Assembly (NCBI GenBank): GCA_043822785.1
Contig: JBDRBN010000029.1
Location: 1-12,943, forward strand
Length of the DNA: 12,943 bases
DNA from: Pseudomonadota bacterium
GTDB lineage: Bacteria; UBA10199; 2-02-FULL-44-16; JAAZCA01
Reading direction: 5' to 3'
In this document: positions 7,802 to 12,943 of the stretch, one piece after another
Layout: each line of letters opens with the position of its first letter
How positions within the stretch are numbered: position 1 is the stretch's first letter
The notes under the pieces: generated by a model
Seen by the model: the letters and a program-made list of their open reading frames with translations, nothing else
What the model was told of the DNA's origin: nothing
Databases searched by the model: none
Position numbers and translations under genes: made by a program

Positions 7802-10456
7802 GTTGTTTCTTCCCCACCTAAGCCACTTGGCAACTGGTGGCATGGCGATAAGGGCTGCGGCAAGACAGCATAGACAGCCAACAGCCATGATAAGGCCAAG
7901 GCTCGCTATACCCCGGTGGTGCGCAAAGATCATGATGCCAAAACCGATGGCGTTTGCTGCAGCTGTTAGCACAACGGCTTTGCCGGTAGAACTTCCGATA
8001 GCATTGAACGATCCTTCAGCCCTAAGCCTGTGGACGAGGTGAACACCAAAGTCCACGCCAATACCGATGAGTATGGGGATGGCAAAAAAGTTTGCCATGT
8101 TAAAGGGGGTGTTGGTTAAACCCATGACGCCCAAGAGCCATAACGTGCCCACAGCAAGAGGCATGACAGCGAGCATGGTTGCACGCCATGATCGAAAATC
8201 GATCCACACTAAGAGGCAGATTACAAAAAATGCTAAGACTGCTGATTTCATGAACGTCTCGCGCATGAGCCTGCCTGATTCATGCACCTCTATTGGAGTG
8301 CCCACGACCATTGCATCCACGCCGCGTATATCGTTTACAAACTTCTCTAGCGCAACTGGATCCCAGATGTTTTCTTTGGGGTAGATGTAGAGGGAATAGC
8401 GACCTTTGGGGCTTACAAATCTTCTCACGATATTTTCTGGAAGATCGCTGAGGGCGAGCTTTTCAGGCTTCATGCCTGTAGATAAGATTTCAAGATTTTT
8501 GTGAAGATCAGAGAAAAAATCGTGTTGAAAACTTCCTAAGCGCTCAAGTTGTGCAGAATCTGCCTTATCCAATTGCCCAACCAAAGATCGGACCTTGCTT
8601 GAAAACTTCTCCAGCTCGTTTACAGCATCAAGACGGCCAGAGCTAAAAGCCTGCTCCTGAAGACGCTCCAGACCTGATGCGAGCCTTCCTAACTCAAACA
8701 TGAGATTGAGAACATCAACCTTCTTACCTACGTGCTCAAACTTAAGGTTTGCAAATGCCGGCGCGATGTTCTCTACAGCCTTTAGCTTCTCCTCCTGCTT
8801 TTCAGGAAGGATGCGCTCCACATCATCAACCCTTCTCACAGTTGAGAGCTTCTCAAACTCTTTTGCCATCTTGTGCGACTGATAAGGCGTGCTTGCCGCA
8901 GTTCTTGCAAACCAAGTGGTCTCGCCTGATTTATTGAGGATGAGCTGTTCATATTTTACAGATTCAAGGCCCTTTGCTTGTAGATTTAGGAGGTTGTTGT
9001 CAAAGCCGACATCTGTTGCAAAAGGAATTACAGCCAGCGAAAAAAGTGCTGCTGCTATAAAGAGGAGCTTAGGTTTTCTGTACAGAAGATTTATGTGTGG
9101 CAGCGAGAACGGCTTAACCTTCGTAAGCGCCTGTGGACTTCTGCGCCGATCGCGCATCACAATCATGGCCGGCAGCACCACGAGCATGGAAATGAGGCAG
9201 AGCAATATGCCCGATGCTGCGATAACACCCAGCTGGGCAATGGCAGTGAAATCCGTCCAGGTGATGGTGAGAAACGCTGCTGCTGTAGTGAATGCTGTAG
9301 TGGCATCGGCTGGACCAACGAGCTGGAGTGTGCGCTTAATCGACTCATCTATATTGCCGCTTTTTGCCAGCTCCTCTTGATAGCGCGCCACCACATGGAT
9401 GGCATACTCGATTGCAGCGCCAACCAGGATGATGGCAAAGACGATGGAGAGTATGTTGAGTGTGCCAAAGACCACTGCCACAAGGCCGAAGGTCCAGCTT
9501 ATGCCCATGACGAGCGATATCATGGCAAGCACTGGGCGGCTTGTGCTTCTAAAGAAGAATATGAACACCAGCCCCACGAGCACGATGGCAATGCAAGTTG
9601 CCCATGTCATATCCTCGTTTGAGGTCATGATCTCGTCTGCAGCCAGAACCGGCTTGCCGGTGAGACCTGCATCGATGTCTGGAAACTGTGCCCTTGTTTG
9701 GGCAATTGCCGTTCTGATTTCTTCGAGCGGCTTTTGTATGACCTCCATGGTACCGTAATCCTTCTTAGGCATGATGAGCACAAAGAGCAGATCGCGATTT
9801 CTGTAAAATCCATCTGCATCAAAGGTGTCGCCATCGCCAAAGAAAAGCTCTTGAAGGCGCGAGCGATATTGCGTTGGCTTCTGAAGAGCAGATGACATGT
9901 CATCCAGAAGCCCGTCGATGAATGTGAAGCCTTGGGAGAGCTCCTCCTCATCTTTAGTGGAAACAGGCTCAGCAATGCGCGTGGCAAGCGCTCCAAACAA
10001 TGGCGAAAATCCATCCCAATTGGATATATTGCTTACGGCAAACGGACCTTGCGTAACCATGGCCTTAAGCGCCGCAAGCTGCGGAGGCGTCATGTATAAT
10101 AGGAAGTTTTTTTCCAGCGCGGGATTATCTATCTTCCAGATGACATCCTTGAGGCCATCTATCTTATTGAGTCTTGCGACAAGGCTCCGAATAAAATCCT
10201 TGGCCTGGGACATGTCTTTGGTGGCATCGACTACCACATAAAGATATTCCTCATCCCCAAACTCGTTCAAAAAATCCAGATAGCGTTTGTGGTAATCGAG
10301 CTTCTCAGAAACCAACTCATCCAAGTTGGCGTTGAGTTTGAGCGTGACAGAGGCATAGGCCCCGGCAGCTACTGTGAGGATGATGGCCGCCGCAACTACG
10401 TTTCGCGAGTGCGCGGTGGCGAGGTGGGCTATCTTCTCGAATATTCTCTTTCGCAT
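7784..10456 (-). CDS. MMPL/RND-family lipid transporter, HpnN-like, 890 aa
   Basis: Two RND halves with large periplasmic loops. Motifs GLTGKPVLAADE, LNILSIVFAIILVG, FDNNLLNLQAKGLESV, PFNMANFFAIPILIGIGVDFGVH, HRGIASLG. ATG 10456 has SD AAAGGA and is preferred over TTG 10474. Confidence 0.9.
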   Translation of the reverse strand: MRKRIFEKIAHLATAHSRNVVAAAIILTVAAGAYASVTLKLNANLDELVSEKLDYHKRYLDFLNEFGDEEYLYVVVDATKDMSQAKDFIRSLVARLNKIDGLKDVIWKIDNPALEKNFLLYMTPPQLAALKAMVTQGPFAVSNISNWDGFSPLFGALATRIAEPVSTKDEEELSQGFTFIDGLLDDMSSALQKPTQYRSRLQELFFGDGDTFDADGFYRNRDLLFVLIMPKKDYGTMEVIQKPLEEIRTAIAQTRAQFPDIDAGLTGKPVLAADEIMTSNEDMTWATCIAIVLVGLVFIFFFRSTSRPVLAMISLVMGISWTFGLVAVVFGTLNILSIVFAIILVGAAIEYAIHVVARYQEELAKSGNIDESIKRTLQLVGPADATTAFTTAAAFLTITWTDFTAIAQLGVIAASGILLCLISMLVVLPAMIVMRDRRRSPQALTKVKPFSLPHINLLYRKPKLLFIAAALFSLAVIPFATDVGFDNNLLNLQAKGLESVKYEQLILNKSGETTWFARTAASTPYQSHKMAKEFEKLSTVRRVDDVERILPEKQEEKLKAVENIAPAFANLKFEHVGKKVDVLNLMFELGRLASGLERLQEQAFSSGRLDAVNELEKFSSKVRSLVGQLDKADSAQLERLGSFQHDFFSDLHKNLEILSTGMKPEKLALSDLPENIVRRFVSPKGRYSLYIYPKENIWDPVALEKFVNDIRGVDAMVVGTPIEVHESGRLMRETFMKSAVLAFFVICLLVWIDFRSWRATMLAVMPLAVGTLWLLGVMGLTNTPFNMANFFAIPILIGIGVDFGVHLVHRLRAEGSFNAIGSSTGKAVVLTAAANAIGFGIMIFAHHRGIASLGLIMAVGCLCCLAAALIAMPPVAKWLRWGRNNQTEHS

Positions 10457-10478
10457 CCTATAATCCTTTATCAAGTAA

Positions 10479-11183
10479 TCAAGCGGCGAGTATCCAGCGT
10501 GCTCCAGGCCCGCGCCCTTCCAGGCGAACGCCTTTGATGGATTTCATGTCAAGCAGGGCCTGTTGCCTGGATATCCTGTTATCGAGCGCCGCGATATATT
10601 CTGCAAGGCGAATCCGCCTCCTCTTCTCGAGGAGCCTGATTAGGATGTTCCTGCGGGAGTCGGCATCGTGAGAGCCGATCGTTAATCTGCCCGCTTCATC
10701 AAGCACCGGTGCTTCCCTGGCCAAAAACCCCCATCGTTTATATTCCCTGAGCGAACTCTCCACTGCGCGCCTCATCAAATTGCCACCAGGCGTGTACAGA
10801 TATTGATAAAAGAGCTGGAGGGGAACCGGCTTAAGACCCTCTTGGAGATACTCGAGAAAATATTGTTTTTCGTCTGGCAAAGCCTGTTGGCCTAGCAAAA
10901 ATTCTGCCATAATTGCTATCGTCTGAGGGGTTCGCATCTCTGCATAATGAGATCTTAGTTGGGAAGGATTGAGATCGCTCCAGTTCTTGTCAAGGAAGGC
11001 CACCAGTATATCGAAGAGGCGCGGATCAAAACGAGACATCTCAGCACCGAGGCAAAAAAGCTCTTCTAGGTTCTGCGCGTCGTAAGGCCACGAACGCTTC
11101 TCACCAACGCTGATTGCACCTCGCTGCGCCAGTTCATAATACATCCTGACGAGGTGGTCCTCTGTTGGTATTTCCTTAAGCAT
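10479..11183 (-). CDS. Hypothetical protein with C-terminal winged HTH, putative antitoxin/regulator partner of the nucleotidyltransferase, 234 aa
   Basis: Start reassigned to ATG 11183 (MLKEIPT...), overlapping the upstream stop by 8 nt (ATGCTTAA). C-terminus IRLAEYIAALDNRISRQQALLDMK...VRLEGRGPGARW fits a wHTH with a GxG wing. Central SRFDPRLFDILV helical domain. Confidence 0.8.
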   Translation of the reverse strand: MLKEIPTEDHLVRMYYELAQRGAISVGEKRSWPYDAQNLEELFCLGAEMSRFDPRLFDILVAFLDKNWSDLNPSQLRSHYAEMRTPQTIAIMAEFLLGQQALPDEKQYFLEYLQEGLKPVPLQLFYQYLYTPGGNLMRRAVESSLREYKRWGFLAREAPVLDEAGRLTIGSHDADSRRNILIRLLEKRRRIRLAEYIAALDNRISRQQALLDMKSIKGVRLEGRGPGARWILAA

Positions 11184-11703
11184 CCTCAATCTCCACAACC
11201 AAATCTTCAAGAAAACCCACGGCCTCCTCAGCACCGGGCAACCCCTTTTTAACCAAACCTTCGAGGTGGGCCTCGACCTTCTTCCAGTCAGCGCCGCGGC
11301 GCAGGAGGGCACGCGCGTGACCAACATCCTTATCGCGACCGGCCATACATTTCATCAGGAGGAGATCCTCAGCGCCAAGAGCACGCACCGTGAGACATTT
11401 GCCGTTGAAGACGTCCACCAGCCTATCACGAAAGTCCGCAGGCAGAGTAAATGTGAATGTGTTGAAGTAGTCATTGTACCAGTGCGGGTTGAGATTCAGT
11501 TCGCTGGCGACCTCTCGGATTAGCTTCTCCACCTCTGCAGGGGAAAGCTTGGTCTCGAACGGAAGTCCATCGACGTCGTATGTCGATAAAGGGATTCCGT
11601 GCGCAAGCAGCATGGCTGCCCCGCCACCAACGAGGAGCGTCAGCGGTTCCGACAGCTTTGCATCCAGGGCCTCAAACGCTGCGATCATGTTTTCTTTCTT
11701 CAT
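11176..11703 (-). CDS. DUF6036/AbiEii-like pol-beta-superfamily nucleotidyltransferase, 175 aa
   Basis: LLVGGGAAM...STYDVD (GG plus TxDxD metal-binding motif) and EDLLLMKCMAGRDKD (K...RxKD motif), typical of DUF6036/AbiEii-type NTases. Confidence 0.85.
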   Translation of the reverse strand: MKKENMIAAFEALDAKLSEPLTLLVGGGAAMLLAHGIPLSTYDVDGLPFETKLSPAEVEKLIREVASELNLNPHWYNDYFNTFTFTLPADFRDRLVDVFNGKCLTVRALGAEDLLLMKCMAGRDKDVGHARALLRRGADWKKVEAHLEGLVKKGLPGAEEAVGFLEDLVVEIEDA

Positions 11704-11709
11704 ATTAAT

Positions 11710-11738
11710 ATATTACAGGATATATGACCATTATTCAA
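11710..11738 (-). promoter_or_regulatory. sigma70-type promoter predicted to give a leaderless mRNA
   Basis: TTGAAT (11738-11733), N17, TAATAT (11715-11710), 6 nt, ATG (11703); no SD before the ATG. Confidence 0.6.
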
Positions 11739-11749
11739 TATATTAGTCA
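11725..11749. promoter_or_regulatory. Inverted-repeat operator 1, TGACCA-N13-TAGTCA
   Basis: Half-sites at 11725-11730 and 11744-11749 (one mismatch) flank the predicted -35 box. Confidence 0.6.
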
Positions 11750-11815
11750 ATTGCTTTGTAAGCCAGTGTTTTAATTGATGAATATAAAACAATACTCCTG
11801 GAGAATACAATGGTT

Positions 11816-11842
11816 TTGACTATCTATTTGCGAATTAGTCAA
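11816..11842. promoter_or_regulatory. Inverted-repeat operator 2, TTGACTA-N13-TAGTCAA
   Basis: Perfect 7-bp IR with the same 13-nt spacer as operator 1, 92 bp away; both are followed by the same ATTAGTCAATT right side. Confidence 0.65.
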
Positions 11843-11921
11843 TTATATTATAAGTCAATGATATTTAACTATAAACAAATGCAACCTATCTGTACGTACA
11901 AAAGATTTTAGTACGCATAAT

Positions 11922-11972
11922 AAAAAAAACCGGAACGTCATACTATTTTAAAGAAATAGTGCAATGTTCCGG
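11922..11972 (-). terminator. Intrinsic terminator of the Wzz-type gene
   Basis: Minus strand CCGGAAC-ATTGC-ACTATTT-CTTTA-AAATAGT-ATGAC-GTTCCGG followed by T8, starting 26 nt after the stop. Confidence 0.8.
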
Positions 11973-11998
11973 AACTCAAGAAGTTAGAATACCGTAAA

Positions 11999-12943
11999 TT
12001 AGGTAGCCTTCGCCATCTCCTGCATCTTCATAACGTATTCCCTAAAGAAGGCAAGAAATATGGCGGCAAAAAGTGCGGCCATGAAGGACATGATGCAGAT
12101 CTGTGCGCGCTTGGGAAAAGCGCGCATTACTGGAGGAACTGCCTCATCTATAACTTGAAAGGCAAGATCCTCTTTTGATTCCTCAATCTTTGCCATTTCA
12201 TACTGGGTCGTCAACAAAGCGTTAACCTTGGCCAAAAGTTCGCGGCGAAGCATCAGGTATGTCAGATAGACCTGCTGAGGCACATCCTTGACGGTTTTGA
12301 CCTCGGCTATCTTGCTCTCGACCTGGGCCTTTTCAGACAATAGATTCTTTATCGCCGCATCCCCGCCGGTATCAAGCGCAGCAAGCTTTGTCTTCTCATC
12401 AAGAGGAGTGTCTTTATAATAAACTTCGCCGACATTTACATCCAAATTAGCTTCAACGCTCGATATGCTCTTGGTCTTATAGAATGCATTGATCTCCTTG
12501 CCGGCCTCGAGCAGTTCCTGCTTATTCTGAGCCAGCTGCTCCTCAATAAAGATACGATTGCGCTTCGCCGTCGTGAAGGCATTGGAGGCAATGAAGTTCT
12601 GCAGTTCATCGACATACGCATTGACAACGCGGGCGGCGAGTTTTGGATCCTTAAACTTGCCGGTTATTCTTATCGTCTTTGCTTTCTTATCATCAACTAC
12701 AAGAACTGCGCCCTTCATAATCTTGATTGCCGATTCCATATTCGGTTGTTTTTTGGGATCATCAGTCTTCCATTTTTCCGCCTTTGCATCCCACGCTTTT
12801 TCAAAGAGAATCGGCATCAATTGCTGACTATTAATCACATTCTCGGCGAGAGTCCTGCTCTTTAAAACCGCTAGTATTTTTTCTGTGTCCCCGGCTCCAC
12901 CTGGAAGGCTGACACCTGCAAGCGACGCTAATCCGCCGAACTG
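11999..12943 (-). CDS. Wzz/GumC-type polysaccharide chain-length determinant (5' end outside the window)
   Basis: The frame stays open to the edge: QFGGLASLAGVSLPGGAGDTEKILAVLKSRTLAENVIN..., then DPKLAARVVNAYVDEL, a coiled-coil region, FQVIDEAVPP...PKR and a C-terminal TM helix; no tyrosine-kinase domain. Confidence 0.9.
   Translation of the reverse strand, partial: QFGGLASLAGVSLPGGAGDTEKILAVLKSRTLAENVINSQQLMPILFEKAWDAKAEKWKTDDPKKQPNMESAIKIMKGAVLVVDDKKAKTIRITGKFKDPKLAARVVNAYVDELQNFIASNAFTTAKRNRIFIEEQLAQNKQELLEAGKEINAFYKTKSISSVEANLDVNVGEVYYKDTPLDEKTKLAALDTGGDAAIKNLLSEKAQVESKIAEVKTVKDVPQQVYLTYLMLRRELLAKVNALLTTQYEMAKIEESKEDLAFQVIDEAVPPVMRAFPKRAQICIMSFMAALFAAIFLAFFREYVMKMQEMAKAT

Noticed and set aside
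3759..7899. Short minus-strand ORFs within the orphan, including 7564-7899 as a possible immunity gene
   Set aside because: Antisense to a 4.2-kb ORF or overlapping both neighbours; no recognisable features.
7803..10537. Many ORFs overlapping the MMPL gene
   Set aside because: Typical antisense and alternate-frame shadows of a membrane-protein gene.
11184..11327. 48-aa N-terminal extension of the wHTH protein in the ORF track
   Set aside because: Would overlap the NTase by about 150 nt; ATG 11183 with stop/start coupling is more plausible.
11891..11918. Palindrome TGTACGTACA and an imperfect IR extending to GTACGCAT
   Set aside because: Single occurrence, unrelated to the operator motif; may be chance.
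11266..12827. ORFs 11266-11523, 11474-11746, 12436-12627, 12558-12827
   Set aside because: Overlap confidently assigned NTase or Wzz-type genes.
1..12943. CRISPR array, tRNA/rRNA, integron attC cassettes, known riboswitch classes
   Set aside because: No regularly spaced repeats, cloverleaf, attC-like ends or recognisable aptamer consensus seen by eye in the intergenic regions; a covariance-model search would be needed to exclude structured RNAs.

Overview
Bacterial chromosomal window with accessory modules between housekeeping envelope genes. Left to right: (i) a partial IS1634-family transposase missed by the ORF track (minus, 708 to the window edge) with a terminal IR at ~846-859; (ii) an AT-rich type II toxin-antitoxin pair (Xre/MbcA/ParS-type antitoxin plus an unusually long RES toxin); (iii) one arm of a palindromic repeat at the composition boundary; (iv) a YitT-family membrane protein with a terminator-like hairpin touching its RBS; (v) a divergent 1410-aa orphan with helical repeats, Gly/Ala-rich hydrophobic segments, a PAYA-type linker and an unrecognised C-terminus, behind a sigma28-like promoter; (vi) an HpnN-like MMPL/RND transporter; (vii) an overlapping pair of a DUF6036/AbiEii-like nucleotidyltransferase and a partner with a C-terminal winged HTH, preceded by a leaderless promoter and two TGAC(C/T)A-N13-TAGTCA inverted repeats; (viii) a partial Wzz-type chain-length determinant with its terminator. 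The best candidates for undescribed biology are the nucleotidyltransferase/wHTH module and the large effector-like orphan. All family calls come from motif recognition by eye; no searches were run.
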